Shown: positions 8,847 through 19,297, numbered from the stretch's first letter. The stretch: 64,000 nt of DNA from Myxococcota bacterium (GCA_041687695.1 JAWLBL010000004.1:160001-224000); one strand, 5' to 3'. A program made the numbers and translations. The notes: a model not told the origin generated them from the letters alone.

Positions 8847-11282
8847 TCAGCGGGCCTTTCGGCGCACTTCGACCTTGTCCAGGGCCAGCTCGCCCACATC
8901 GCCGTACCACAGCCGGAACTCGAAGCCGCGCTCGCCGCCGGTGACCGTGAAGGGCAGGGTGAGCTCGCGCCAGCCGTCGCCCGCGGCGGTCAGCTCGGCG
9001 ACGGTGGCCTCGACCTCGGCCTGTAGCCCGCCGCGCTGGGCCATCACGTCGAAGGTCAGGGCGTGGGTCTCGGGCGAGGGGGCCAAGAGGCCGGCCTGCC
9101 GATACCGCAGGCGGGCGACGGCCTCGTACTCGCCGGGCGACAGGCGCGCGTAGGGGCCGAACAGGAGGTGCCCGGGGCCGCGGCGGTCGCTGGGGCCGAC
9201 CTCGACGTAGGCGCCGTTGGAGGCCTCGGGGTCCCCCCCAGTGTCATGAACGGCGCGAGAGCGGAAGGCGGTCTGCTCGCTCAGCTCGGCCTCGACGACC
9301 GGCTGGTCCAGCATCGCGTCCAGGGTGGCGCGCTGCTGGCGGACCTCGGCGGGCGCGAGCGGCTCGGGGCCGCGGGACAGCAGGACCAGGCCGTCCTCCG
9401 CGGCCTCGAGGCGCCAGCCGGGGCGGGACAGGGTCTGGCGCAGGCGGCTCTGGACCTGCTCGTAGCTGGTGGGCCAGGTGGGGCGCTGCAGATCGACCAG
9501 CACCCAGTCGGCGCGGTCGAGGGCGTAGGGGAACATGGCCACGTCGCGGCCGGGCTGCAGGTGTACGGCCAGGTAGCCGGTGGCCGACACGCGGGCGCCC
9601 GCGGGGATGCGCTCCATCAGCGCCTCGGCCTTCAGCTGGTGGGGCGTGCGCACCCAGGCCTGGTGGCTCTGGTGCGAGGCGGCGACGCTGGAGGGGTGCC
9701 ACAGGCCGGTCACCACGACGGTGGCGGCGACGGCGAAGGCCAGGCGCGAGGGGGCGAAGCGGGCGTCCGGGGCCGCGGCGGCGGGCCGGGCGAGCAGGCG
9801 CCGGGCGCCCTCGACGGCGGCGATGGCGCCGAAGGGGATGACCACGGCGCCGTAGTAGAAGCCGAAGTGGGACATGCGGCCCGGGTCGGCCAGCAGCATC
9901 TCGAGGGCGGGGACCAGCAGCAGCAGGCGCCAGCCGCCGAAGAGGGCCAGGGCCCCGAAGGGCAGCACCAGGGCCATCACGCTGACCAGGCGCCCGCCGG
10001 TGAAGAGGTGCTGGACCACGTAGGCGGGGTTGAGCAGCAGGGTCGACAGCAGGCCGCCGAAGCTGCCGCCCAGGTGCGAGTAGCGGCCCAGGAAGTGGTA
10101 GCCCTCGGTCGCGCCGGTGGTCGAGAAGAACGCCGGGTCGTGGGGCTGGCGCAGGGCGGGCAGCACCAGCCCCAGGACCAGCGCGGCCTGGGCGAGGCCG
10201 ACCACGACCAGCGCGGCGCCCAGGGCGCGGCGGCGCTCGAAGAGGAAGGCCCAGGCGCCGATGGCCGAGGTGTAGATGAAGGTGTCTTCCTTGGTGCACC
10301 ACAGGCCGACGGCGCAGACCCAGACCCAGGCGGTGCGGCGGCGCTCGAGCGCCAGCATCAGCCCGAAGAGCAGCGGCGGCTCGAGCATGTCCATGTGGAA
10401 GTCGTAGACCGCCGCCTGCTGGACGTAGGGGTTCCAGACGTAGGCCAGCATCAGCGCGGCCGACAGCAGGCCGTGGCCGGTGCGGGCGCGGGCCCACAGG
10501 AACAGGAGGTAGCCGCCGCCGGCGATGGCCGCCGCCTGCACCGCCAGCAGCGTCACCGGGCTGGGGGCCAGCTTCATCAGCGGCCACAGCAGGGCCAGGA
10601 TGGGCGAGAAGTGCTCGCCCAGAAAGCTCTGCCCCAGGGTGGGGGCGTACAGCAGCTGGCCTTCAGCGTTGTCGTAAAGCTCGTAGAACAGCCCCAGGTC
10701 GATGAGGCTCGACCAGTGCGCGCGGTGGCGCTGCAGGGCCATCACGAACAGGATGGCGCCCGACACCGCGGCCGCCAGCAGGGCCAGCCGGCGCTCGGCC
10801 CGCTCGGTGCGCTCGCTCGGCTCGGGCGCCGAATCGCGGGCCAGCAGCGGCCAGGCCCGCCAGGCGACCACCCCGACCAGCGCCGCGCCCAGCAGCGCCC
10901 GCCCAGCCGGCTCGTCGAACCACAGGACCGGCATCAGGAGGCCCAGCGGCCACACGGCCTGGGCGGCCCGCCACAGCGCCGGCCGCGGCCCCGGCGTCCG
11001 CCAGCCGGCGCGGGTGGCGACCAGCAGCGCGGCGCCCACCACCCCCAGCAGCGCGACCGGCAGGCTCTGCAACAGCAAGCCGATGGCGTAGCGGTCCCGC
11101 GCCAGCTGCCGGATCTGCGCGTCGGCCGCCCCCTCGTCCCACAGCCGGAAGGTCAGAAAGACCGCCACCCCGTAGGCCGCCGCCAGCAGCAGCCCCACGG
11201 CGGCCAGATTCCAGACCCAGGCCCGCCCCGCCCCGGCCTCGGGCGGCGCCTCGTGCTCTCGGATGGGCTCCAGCGCGTGCAT
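8847..11282 (-). CDS. DUF2079-like multi-pass membrane protein (GT-C-like)
   Basis: DLGLF, HFSPIL, YDFH and KED motifs; many transmembrane segments; C-terminal beta-sandwich. Confidence 0.75.
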   Translation of the reverse strand: MHALEPIREHEAPPEAGAGRAWVWNLAAVGLLLAAAYGVAVFLTFRLWDEGAADAQIRQLARDRYAIGLLLQSLPVALLGVVGAALLVATRAGWRTPGPRPALWRAAQAVWPLGLLMPVLWFDEPAGRALLGAALVGVVAWRAWPLLARDSAPEPSERTERAERRLALLAAAVSGAILFVMALQRHRAHWSSLIDLGLFYELYDNAEGQLLYAPTLGQSFLGEHFSPILALLWPLMKLAPSPVTLLAVQAAAIAGGGYLLFLWARARTGHGLLSAALMLAYVWNPYVQQAAVYDFHMDMLEPPLLFGLMLALERRRTAWVWVCAVGLWCTKEDTFIYTSAIGAWAFLFERRRALGAALVVVGLAQAALVLGLVLPALRQPHDPAFFSTTGATEGYHFLGRYSHLGGSFGGLLSTLLLNPAYVVQHLFTGGRLVSVMALVLPFGALALFGGWRLLLLVPALEMLLADPGRMSHFGFYYGAVVIPFGAIAAVEGARRLLARPAAAAPDARFAPSRLAFAVAATVVVTGLWHPSSVAASHQSHQAWVRTPHQLKAEALMERIPAGARVSATGYLAVHLQPGRDVAMFPYALDRADWVLVDLQRPTWPTSYEQVQSRLRQTLSRPGWRLEAAEDGLVLLSRGPEPLAPAEVRQQRATLDAMLDQPVVEAELSEQTAFRSRAVHDTGGDPEASNGAYVEVGPSDRRGPGHLLFGPYARLSPGEYEAVARLRYRQAGLLAPSPETHALTFDVMAQRGGLQAEVEATVAELTAAGDGWRELTLPFTVTGGERGFEFRLWYGDVGELALDKVEVRRKAR

Positions 11283-11414
11283 CGCGCGCTAACTAGCAGA
11301 GCCTTCGGCAAAAGTCGCCACCCCGTCCGCCCGATCGGACGTCGCGGCGCCGAGTGTCCGACGCGACCCGACCCAGGTCGCCCCGGGTCGGTCAGCGGCC
11401 AGCGTCGCCCGCGG

Positions 11415-14400
11415 CTACGGCTGGATGCCGCCAGGCTGGGCGCAGGGAAGCTGGACGACGACGAGCTGGCTGGAGTCCCGGGTGACGGCGTGAAGGTCCG
11501 GGCCGAGCGCAACGGCGAAGTTGGTGGCCAGGAGCGAGTCGCTCGAGGACAGGAGGCTCTTGGGCGTCTGGGGGGCACCGAGGTCGAGGACCTCGTAGCC
11601 GCTGGGGCCGGTCAGTAGCGCCAGGGGCGGCGTGAGGAACAGCTGCGTCAGGTCGTCCCCGAAGGCCGCCTGAGTGCCGACCACCTTCAGGCTCGCGGGG
11701 TTGGACAGGTCGACCACATCGAGGCGCGTGACGAGGCTGGGATCGGCGCCGTGGGGACCGGCGAGCACGTAGGCCTTGCCGCCCCAGACGCCCATGCGGT
11801 CGGCGCCCAGGATCTGCAGGTTGCCCACCGTGGGCGGAATGCCGCTGAAGGCCGTGTCGTCGAGGACGAAGAGGTTGCCGTAGGACAGCAGGTAGATGAG
11901 GTCCCCCACGATCGCCATGCTCTGCGCGCCCGAGGCATTGATCTTCACGGGCGAGGAGAACGAGCCCGACTTCAGCCGGAACAGCGACACCTGCCCGCCG
12001 TGCGAGACCACGACGCGATCCCCGGCGGCGGTGAAGTCGAAGGCGACACCATGCCCCGAGGACCACGACAGGCCGGCCTCCAGCTGGACCGGGGCGCTGG
12101 GGTCGGAGACGTCGTAGCGGCGGACCTGGGGCTTGTCGAGGGGGTATTGGCTGCCGTTCCAGGGGCCTTTGGACTGGTACAGGGTCCACAGCTCGTCGCC
12201 TTCCCAGTGGAGCGCGGCGCGTTCGTTGATGTGGTTCTGCGCCAGAGACCCCATCGCCAGGCTGCCGACCAGCACCGGCGCAGCGGGGTCCGCCAAGGAC
12301 CAGATCTGCGCCACGGGCGCCGACGAGTCGCCGCAAGGCACGGCGACGAGGTCGCCCTTCCTCACCGGGCCGGAGTACGTCGACTTGGCGTAGCACAGGG
12401 ACGCGACCACCGCCTCGGCGCGCACGTCGGTCTGGCCGTCGCAGTCGTTGTCCTTGCCGTCGCAGCGCTCGGCGGCGCCGACGCCGATGGCGGGGTCGCC
12501 CAGCGAGCCGCAGGCGATGCAGGCGTCGTCGACGCTGCAGGCCTGGCCGGGCTGGCAGCCGCAGGTCTTGCCGACGCAGCCGTCGGGGCAGGGCTCGGTC
12601 GCGCACAGGTGCTCGGCGCAGTAGGGCGCGACCGAGGGGCAGGCGCCGCACGAGCCGCCGCAGCCGTCGTCGCCGCACTCCTTACCCGCGCAGTCGGGGA
12701 CGCAGCAGGTCTGGTCCTCCATGCAGGGCAGGCCCCCCGCGCAGGTGCCGCAGGAGCCGCCGCAGCCGTCGTCGCCGCACGCCTTGCCGGAGCACTTGGG
12801 GGAGCAGCAGGCGCGCTCGCTGCAGACCTGGCCGGCATCGCAGCCGCACTTCTGGCCCTCGCAGATCGCGGGGCAGGGGTCGCAGGCGCCGTCGACGCAG
12901 ACGAGACCAGCGGCGCAGGCGCACTGCTGGCCCTCGCAGCCGGCGGGGCACTCGGTCAGGGCGCACTGGCCGGCCACGCAGAACGGCGCCGCGCCCGGGC
13001 AGGCGCCGCAGGAGCCCCCGCAGCCGTCGTCGCCGCAGTCCTTGCCGTCGCACTTGGGGTCGCAGGTCGCCTCGCACACCCCGTCGAGGCAGTACGGCGC
13101 CGCCCCGCCGCAGGTCCCGCAGGTGCCGCCGCAGCCATCGGGGCCGCAGGTCTTGCCGTCGCACTGGGGCATGCACTGGCACTGCCCCGCGACGCACCCG
13201 AGGTCGCCCGGGCACTCGCCGCAGGAGCCGCCGCAGCCGTCGTCGCCGCAGGCCTTGCCGGCGCAGCTGGGCGTGCACTGGTCGCAGGCCTCGCCCGACC
13301 AGGGCGGCGCGCACTGCTCGCAGGTCGGGCCGGTGAACTTGGGGTCGGCGCATTGCGTGCAGCCGGGGCCGGTGAACTTCGCGCTGCAGGTCGTCTTGCA
13401 GTCGGGCAGGGCGAACCTGGGGTCGGTGCACTCGGCGCAGTCGTCGCCCTCGAACCCTGCGGCGCACTGGTCGCACTCGGGGCCGGTGAAGCGCTCGCTG
13501 GCGCACGCCTGGCAGTCGGGGCCGGTGAACCTGGCGGCGCAGCCCAGGCAGTCGGGCAGCGCGTAGTGGTCGTTGGGGCACACGCAGGCGAGCGCCTCGG
13601 TGCACAGGCCGGCGCCGGCGCAGCCGCCGCACAGCAGGCCGCCGCAGTCCAGCCCGTCGCAGGCGGTGGCGAAGGCCTGGGCGCTGCAGCTCGCGCCCGG
13701 CTGGTCGAAGGTGCTGGCGTCGAAGGAGATGGGCGCCGACGAGCCGGTCGCCCCCTTGACCTGGACCGTCAGCTCGTGGGTCCCGGCGAGCTTGGGCGAG
13801 CAGTAGCCCAGGACGTACACGCGCTGTTGCAGCAGCTTGATGCGCTGGGCGAGCGTGGCGAAGACGTTCGAGAGTTGGTCGGCCGTCTCGGCCAGGCCCC
13901 AGCCGCTCTTGCCGAGGCTCGAGAGCACGTCGGTGTTCAGCTCGCCGCCGAGGGCCACGAGCATCACGTCGTCGGCGGTGGCCTGGACGGCGCTCTGGGC
14001 CTGAGCGAGCGTCGCCACGGCGGCCTGATCGGAGCCGTCGGTGAACAGGATGACCTGCCCCAGGGTCAGGACGCCGTCGCGCATGGCCGAGCGGCGCTGG
14101 GTCTGCGCCTGTTCGCTTGCGTCGATGGCGCTGACGAGCGCGCCGTACAGGTTGGTGGTGTTGGAGCCCGTCTCGTCGGTGAGCAGGGCGTCCAGCGCGG
14201 CCTTCACCTCGCTGGGGTCGCTCGTGAAGTCCTGCTGCACGGCGTAGGCTTTGCTGAAGAAGGCCACGCGCATGCGGACGCCACCGGAGTCGCCGGCGAA
14301 GACGGAGTCGACCAGGGCCTTGGCGGCCTCGACCGACTCGGCCAGCGCGCCGGAGGCGGCCACCGAGGGGGAGTTGTCCATCACCAGCGAGACGAAGACC

Positions 14401-14945
14401 TCGGTGCGGCGATCGTTGAAGATGCGGGCGGCGCTCTCGAAGACCGAGATCGGCTGGCCGTCCTCGAAGATCTCGAAGTCCGCGCGCTCGTCGTCGAGGC
14501 GCAGGCCTACGACGGGCTGGGGCAGCTCGCCCGGCGAGGCGCAGCGGTCGACCGCGAAGGCCGTCAGGATCGACGCCGGCAGCGGCGTGTTGGTCTGAAC
14601 GGGACGGAGCTGGCGGAACTGCACGCAGTCGAGGTCGTCGAGCGAGGTGCGGCAAGCTCCGGCGTCGCAGACGAGGCCCAGCGCCGTGCAGTCGATGGAC
14701 TCCTCGATGCCACCGGCCATGCAGGTGACGGCGACCTGCCCCTCGCAGCGCGAGTCGGTCCCGCTGCAGGCGCCGGCCCCGTCATCGGGCGGCTTGCCTT
14801 CGTCCTCGGCCGCGTCGCCCGCGTCGGCGTCGATCACCGGCGTCGCCCCGGTCGGATCGTCGCCGCAGCCTGCGATGGCGAGCGCGACCGCGAAGGTGGA
14901 CGACAGGGCCGCGGCTTTGGCCGCTTGGAGCAGATCTCGGCGCAT
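11415..14945 (-). CDS. Large Cys-rich lipoprotein: VWA domain, EGF-like and CGDDGCGGSCG repeats, C-terminal beta-propeller (LVIVD-like)
   Basis: IAGC lipobox; DNSPS, TNLYGA and FTDG MIDAS elements; 5 CGxDGCGGxCG repeats; CDGKDNDCDG. Confidence 0.8.
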   Translation of the reverse strand: MRRDLLQAAKAAALSSTFAVALAIAGCGDDPTGATPVIDADAGDAAEDEGKPPDDGAGACSGTDSRCEGQVAVTCMAGGIEESIDCTALGLVCDAGACRTSLDDLDCVQFRQLRPVQTNTPLPASILTAFAVDRCASPGELPQPVVGLRLDDERADFEIFEDGQPISVFESAARIFNDRRTEVFVSLVMDNSPSVAASGALAESVEAAKALVDSVFAGDSGGVRMRVAFFSKAYAVQQDFTSDPSEVKAALDALLTDETGSNTTNLYGALVSAIDASEQAQTQRRSAMRDGVLTLGQVILFTDGSDQAAVATLAQAQSAVQATADDVMLVALGGELNTDVLSSLGKSGWGLAETADQLSNVFATLAQRIKLLQQRVYVLGYCSPKLAGTHELTVQVKGATGSSAPISFDASTFDQPGASCSAQAFATACDGLDCGGLLCGGCAGAGLCTEALACVCPNDHYALPDCLGCAARFTGPDCQACASERFTGPECDQCAAGFEGDDCAECTDPRFALPDCKTTCSAKFTGPGCTQCADPKFTGPTCEQCAPPWSGEACDQCTPSCAGKACGDDGCGGSCGECPGDLGCVAGQCQCMPQCDGKTCGPDGCGGTCGTCGGAAPYCLDGVCEATCDPKCDGKDCGDDGCGGSCGACPGAAPFCVAGQCALTECPAGCEGQQCACAAGLVCVDGACDPCPAICEGQKCGCDAGQVCSERACCSPKCSGKACGDDGCGGSCGTCAGGLPCMEDQTCCVPDCAGKECGDDGCGGSCGACPSVAPYCAEHLCATEPCPDGCVGKTCGCQPGQACSVDDACIACGSLGDPAIGVGAAERCDGKDNDCDGQTDVRAEAVVASLCYAKSTYSGPVRKGDLVAVPCGDSSAPVAQIWSLADPAAPVLVGSLAMGSLAQNHINERAALHWEGDELWTLYQSKGPWNGSQYPLDKPQVRRYDVSDPSAPVQLEAGLSWSSGHGVAFDFTAAGDRVVVSHGGQVSLFRLKSGSFSSPVKINASGAQSMAIVGDLIYLLSYGNLFVLDDTAFSGIPPTVGNLQILGADRMGVWGGKAYVLAGPHGADPSLVTRLDVVDLSNPASLKVVGTQAAFGDDLTQLFLTPPLALLTGPSGYEVLDLGAPQTPKSLLSSSDSLLATNFAVALGPDLHAVTRDSSQLVVVQLPCAQPGGIQP

Positions 14946-15116
14946 GGTGCAGATCCCCGTGGGCGCGGATGCGGAGCCGAGGAAGGTTAGGGCAGCCGCC
15001 TCCCGCGCCGCAAGGGGGCCGAGGCGCCCGGAGCCGGCGGCGTCGTCGCGGGTGGCCATGGGCTGGTCGGCGGCGGTCCGGCCGGCTATCGTCGGCGCCC
15101 GACTCGGAGGTCAGTC

Positions 15117-15938
15117 ATGCCCGCCCTGCCCGCGGTGAACGCGCCGGCCCTCATCCGTGACCGCAACCCCGTCCTGCTGGGGGTGGTGCATCTTCCGGCG
15201 CTGCCGGGCAGCCCCCGATACGCCGGGGGCGGCGTGGGGGCGGTGGTCGAGCACGCGCTGCGGGACGCCGAGGCGCTGCTCGAGGCCGGCTTCGACGGCT
15301 ACGTGGTCGAGAACTTCGGCGACGCGCCCTTCTTCGCGGGATCGGTGCCGCCGCACACGCTGACCATGATGACGCGGGTGCTGGGGGCGCTGCCGCGCGG
15401 CAACGCGCTGGTCGGCGTGAACGTGCTGCGCAACGACGCGATGGGGGCGCTGGCCATCGCGGCGGCCATGGAGCTGGACTTCATCCGGGTGAACGTGCTG
15501 GTCGGCGCGGCGGTGACCGACCAGGGCGTCATCGAGGGGCAGGCGGCGACGGTGATGCGGCAGCGGCAGCGCCTGGCGCCCAATGTGGCGGTGCTGGCGG
15601 ACGTGGACGTCAAGCACGCGAGCCCGCTGGGGCGCGACTACGATCTCACCGAGGCGGCCGAGGAGACGGCCTACCGGGGCCTCGCCGACGGGCTCATCGT
15701 CACCGGCAAGGCGACGGGGAAGGCGGCCAGCCTGGGGGATCTCGAGGCGGTGCGGCGCGTGGTGCCCGACCGGCCGCTGCTCGTCGGCAGCGGCGCGACG
15801 GCCGACACGCTGCCGTCGCTGCTGCGCCTGGCGACCGGCGCCATCGTGGGCACGGCGACCAAGAGGGACGGCCGCGTCTCCGAGCCGGTCGATCCGGCGC
15901 GCGCGCGCGCCATCGTCGAGGCGGTGCGCGGGGCGTGA
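15117..15938 (+). CDS. BtpA/SgcQ family protein
   Basis: VHLPALPGSP, ENFGDAPF, GVNVLRND, DVDVKHA. Confidence 0.92.
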   Translation: MPALPAVNAPALIRDRNPVLLGVVHLPALPGSPRYAGGGVGAVVEHALRDAEALLEAGFDGYVVENFGDAPFFAGSVPPHTLTMMTRVLGALPRGNALVGVNVLRNDAMGALAIAAAMELDFIRVNVLVGAAVTDQGVIEGQAATVMRQRQRLAPNVAVLADVDVKHASPLGRDYDLTEAAEETAYRGLADGLIVTGKATGKAASLGDLEAVRRVVPDRPLLVGSGATADTLPSLLRLATGAIVGTATKRDGRVSEPVDPARARAIVEAVRGA

Positions 15939-16015
15939 GGCGCCCCGCTCAGGGCTTCGGCGCCTGCCGGGACGCGCACGGATGATCTCGACCGAGGGGG
16001 CGCGGCGCTTGAACC

Positions 16016-16222
16016 TCAGCGCCGCGCCGCCGCGGTCGGGTTTTCACGCTCGGCCCGCGCGAGGTAGGCGTCGATCGCGGCATCGACCTGACGTCCGACA
16101 TCGGGAGTGGGCTGCCTGACCGGCTCGGTGATGACCCGCTGCAGCCCCGAGGGCTGGGCGCGCATCATGATGTAGTCCTCGATGCGCTGGGCGTCGCTCT
16201 TGGGGTTCGTCTCGTCGTTCAT
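16016..16222 (-). CDS. Small hypothetical protein (68 aa) coupled to the SIR2 gene
   Basis: GAGG ribosome-binding site; ATGA overlap with the SIR2 stop; composition unlike a shadow ORF. Confidence 0.55.
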   Translation of the reverse strand: MNDETNPKSDAQRIEDYIMMRAQPSGLQRVITEPVRQPTPDVGRQVDAAIDAYLARAERENPTAAARR

Positions 16223-17856
16223 GAGTCACCTCTCGTCTCGGCGCCGACTCGCAGGAGCGCGGGGCGCTCAGGGAACAGGATGCGCCGAGCCGCGCGTCGC
16301 AAGGTGCGCTTGAGCTCGAGCATCATGATCGCCACCTCCTGTGAGGTCAATCCAGCGTCGCGGCGCCAGAACGGCAGCCGCGCGCTCGACGTGACGTTCA
16401 CGACGGCCACCGGCAGCCAGTCGGGTCCATCCAGAATGGCCGTCGAGAACACGGACTTCCAGTCGCGGTATCCCGAGGGGCCCTGAACCCAGAGCCGCTT
16501 CATCTCGGGCGTGAAGTTCGCGTCGATCCCTGCCTGGTTGTTCACGACGCCCCATGTCCCGCCTTCGGTGAAGACCTTGCCCGCGACGCCCTGCGTCACA
16601 CCTCGGCCCACTCCAAAGGTCCGCTCACGGGCGTGGCGCTCCGCGTCGAAGCCGTCTTCTTGGCTCCGAGTGCTGGAGACCTTGCAGAGCACCGTTCGAC
16701 TGGGTGTCTCGTCGGTGGCCGGCAGCATGACAGGGAGACAAAGGGACAGCTCGATCTGTTCCTCGCTGGGCATCTCGAAGTGAACCCGCAGGTACGTCTG
16801 CATGGCCCGGAGGATGTTGTGAGTGCGCGCCTGCCACACCTGCGTGAAGACCTCATCGCGAGTCGCCTCGGCCACCCAGCGCGACGCGGCCTGCATCCAG
16901 CGCGGGTCCTCTCCCGGACCGGCGTCACCAAACCGGATTTGACGCAGGACGTTCGGTATCTCCTCGAACTCCCGCACCGGGACGACGTACACGCCCAGCT
17001 GGGACCAGTAGGCGTCGAGCTCCTTGAAGGCGGCCTCGTCGGCACACCTCAGCACCACGAAGACCCTCCCTTGCCGCAGCTCAGGCCGCCGCTTGTAGAG
17101 CAAACGCTTGAGGTTCGGATCGCTGAGGCTCAAGCCGACGACCAGGAGCTCACCCTCGAGCAGCTGGTCCAGCGTCCGGTTGATGGGGGCGTTCGGTTCG
17201 GCGGCGAGGGCCTGGTAGTGCGACTCGGTCAGGATGAGTGGACCTCGGTGGCTCGGCATCCCGGGAGGCAGCTGGTGGTCATCGAGCCACTCGACCCAGC
17301 CATGGACGTGGTCGACTCGGAGCTCCGACGACGGGCTCTGAGGGCGCGCCGGGTCCGTCGGTCTCCGGTAGGCTTCGTAGTGCGCCCGGAAGTCCCCACG
17401 CGTAGCCGGATCGAGATAGGCCAGCGCCATCTCCAGCAGCGGGTCGTAGTTCAGCGTATGGAGCACGCGGCCCTTGGCCTTGGCGGCCATCGCCGCCAGC
17501 TCCATGTGCGTGGCGTTCGGCTTGACGTGTTCACGCGTGAAGGCTCCGTACAGAGCCTTGGACAGCAGCCGTGGGAACGCGTCGTCCCGAGTTCCGCGGT
17601 AGACCAGGTCGGCGGCGACGTCGCGAGTGAGCGTGCCATAGAGCGTCGCCGCCTTCCTGGCGCTGCGTTGGCGTGAGTCGATGTCACCTGGAGCGACGCC
17701 GAGCAAGCAGTACTCGGAGACGAGGCGACGACACAATTCGTCCCAGTCCGGCAGACCGACCGCGATGGAGGGGCCCGCGCCGACGAGGACGTCGAGGCTC
17801 TCGGCCTCATAGAGCTCGTGAAGCCGCGAGATGCGTTCGTCGCGCGTCGACAGCAT
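16219..17856 (-). CDS. SIR2-like (SIR2_2) domain protein with a GAF-like C-terminal domain
   Basis: LVGAGPSIAVGLPDW, TLNYD, HVHG, ILTESHY, VGLSLSDPNL; C-terminal QGVAGKVF; more A/T at third codon positions than neighbours. Confidence 0.8.
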   Translation of the reverse strand: MLSTRDERISRLHELYEAESLDVLVGAGPSIAVGLPDWDELCRRLVSEYCLLGVAPGDIDSRQRSARKAATLYGTLTRDVAADLVYRGTRDDAFPRLLSKALYGAFTREHVKPNATHMELAAMAAKAKGRVLHTLNYDPLLEMALAYLDPATRGDFRAHYEAYRRPTDPARPQSPSSELRVDHVHGWVEWLDDHQLPPGMPSHRGPLILTESHYQALAAEPNAPINRTLDQLLEGELLVVGLSLSDPNLKRLLYKRRPELRQGRVFVVLRCADEAAFKELDAYWSQLGVYVVPVREFEEIPNVLRQIRFGDAGPGEDPRWMQAASRWVAEATRDEVFTQVWQARTHNILRAMQTYLRVHFEMPSEEQIELSLCLPVMLPATDETPSRTVLCKVSSTRSQEDGFDAERHARERTFGVGRGVTQGVAGKVFTEGGTWGVVNNQAGIDANFTPEMKRLWVQGPSGYRDWKSVFSTAILDGPDWLPVAVVNVTSSARLPFWRRDAGLTSQEVAIMMLELKRTLRRAARRILFPERPALLRVGAETRGDS

Positions 17857-17969
17857 GTGTCCGCCTCATGTCACGGTTCAGCCGGATTGTGCAGCGTGGA
17901 ACGAGTCCAGCACATCTCGACAGACCGGACAAGTGGGCCCGAGCGCCTCGCGACGTGGGCTGAGGGCCC

Positions 17970-18278
17970 TCAGTCCCAGCCGTGCAGCCAGCGGGTCGGG
18001 GCCTCGGAGACGCTGCGCAGCTGGACCGGGGTGCCGCCGGGCAGGGCCAGCTCGTCGCCGGGGCCCAGGACGCAGCGGTCGTCGCCGCAGGTCACCTCGA
18101 GCAGGCCCTCGAGCACCGTCAGCACCTCGGCGCCATGGCCGTGGCGGTCGAGATCGGGGCGCAGGCGGCCGGGCGGGTCGACGTTCACCGAGACGCAGTA
18201 GCCGCGCGCCGCGAAGTCGCGGGCGATGGAGGGCGTGTCGGCGGGGCGGGAGAACTTCTTGCGGTGCACGCGGCGCAT
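17970..18278 (-). CDS. Cupin domain protein
   Basis: HGH..E...VLEG...LGPGD.L.LP cupin pattern. Confidence 0.75.
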   Translation of the reverse strand: MRRVHRKKFSRPADTPSIARDFAARGYCVSVNVDPPGRLRPDLDRHGHGAEVLTVLEGLLEVTCGDDRCVLGPGDELALPGGTPVQLRSVSEAPTRWLHGWD

Positions 18279-18310
18279 CGGGACCTCCTTCGCGGGGCGG
18301 GACGGAGCCG

Positions 18311-19297
18311 TCAGGGAGCGAGCTGGCGGGTGAGCTGGGCGCGGTCGATGTAGGCCTCGACGTGGGTGATGCCGCCCGGGCCGAAGCGGACGACGTCGGC
18401 GCCGTGGAAGGCCACCGGGCGGCCCGAGGGGGCCAGCTCGCCCAGGGCCGCGCCGTGGCGGCCGGTGACCACGAAGGGCGCGACCACGTAAGGCCCGATG
18501 GCGACCAGCTCACCCGTGTCGAGGTCGAGCGGGCCGAAGGTCTGGTGGAGCGCGGTGAGCCAGCGCTTGGTCTGCGCGGCGCCCTCGATGCGGGTGCCGT
18601 CGGCACGGTCGAGGCCGACCACCGAGGGCGCGCACAGCGCGTCGATGACGTCGGGGTCGCCGTCCTCCATGCCCTGGTAGAGCGCCACGACCGAGGCCAG
18701 GTGGTCGGCCCGGCCGCGGCCGGCGACGACCTCGGGCGCGTCGGGCCACTCCGGGAGGGCGGAGGCCGGCCCCGAGGCGTCGATCTGGGCCTCGACCGCG
18801 CGTGGGTGCCCATAGGTCGCGACGCGCTGGACGTGCCCGCGGGCGAACGTCAGGACGTGGAGCAGCTCGTAGCCGACCGGCCGGTGGGTGGCGGGGCGGC
18901 CGAGGTAGGGGCCCTGGTGGGTGCCGCGCGCGACCGTCTGCAGGACGACGACCCCGTCGCCGTCGAGGACGCGCCGGACGGCGAGGCGGAGGTCGGGGAA
19001 GGCGGCGCGCTCGGTGCGCCAGCGGGCCATCAGGGCGTCGCGGCCGCGGACGGTCAGGCCCGGGTCGGCGGGGACGGTCCACTCGGCGTCGGGGGCGAAG
19101 GCGGCGGCGGCGTCGGCGAGGTGGCCGTCGTTGAGGGCGTCGACCAGGGCCAGCGCGAGGCCGGCGTCGCCGAGGTCTGCGGGCGCCTCGGCCGGGGCGC
19201 GGTTGGGGGCGGCCTCGCTGGCGGGCGGCGCCGGGCGCGCGCAGGCGAAGGCGGCGAGCAGGGCCGCGAAGGCGAGGGCAAGCGACCGCTCGAACAT
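18311..19297 (-). CDS. SnoaL-like/ester cyclase lipoprotein with two NTF2 domains
   Basis: AFPDL, GTHQGPYLG..AT, GRHG...PSGRPV; AFAC lipobox. Confidence 0.8.
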   Translation of the reverse strand: MFERSLALAFAALLAAFACARPAPPASEAAPNRAPAEAPADLGDAGLALALVDALNDGHLADAAAAFAPDAEWTVPADPGLTVRGRDALMARWRTERAAFPDLRLAVRRVLDGDGVVVLQTVARGTHQGPYLGRPATHRPVGYELLHVLTFARGHVQRVATYGHPRAVEAQIDASGPASALPEWPDAPEVVAGRGRADHLASVVALYQGMEDGDPDVIDALCAPSVVGLDRADGTRIEGAAQTKRWLTALHQTFGPLDLDTGELVAIGPYVVAPFVVTGRHGAALGELAPSGRPVAFHGADVVRFGPGGITHVEAYIDRAQLTRQLAP

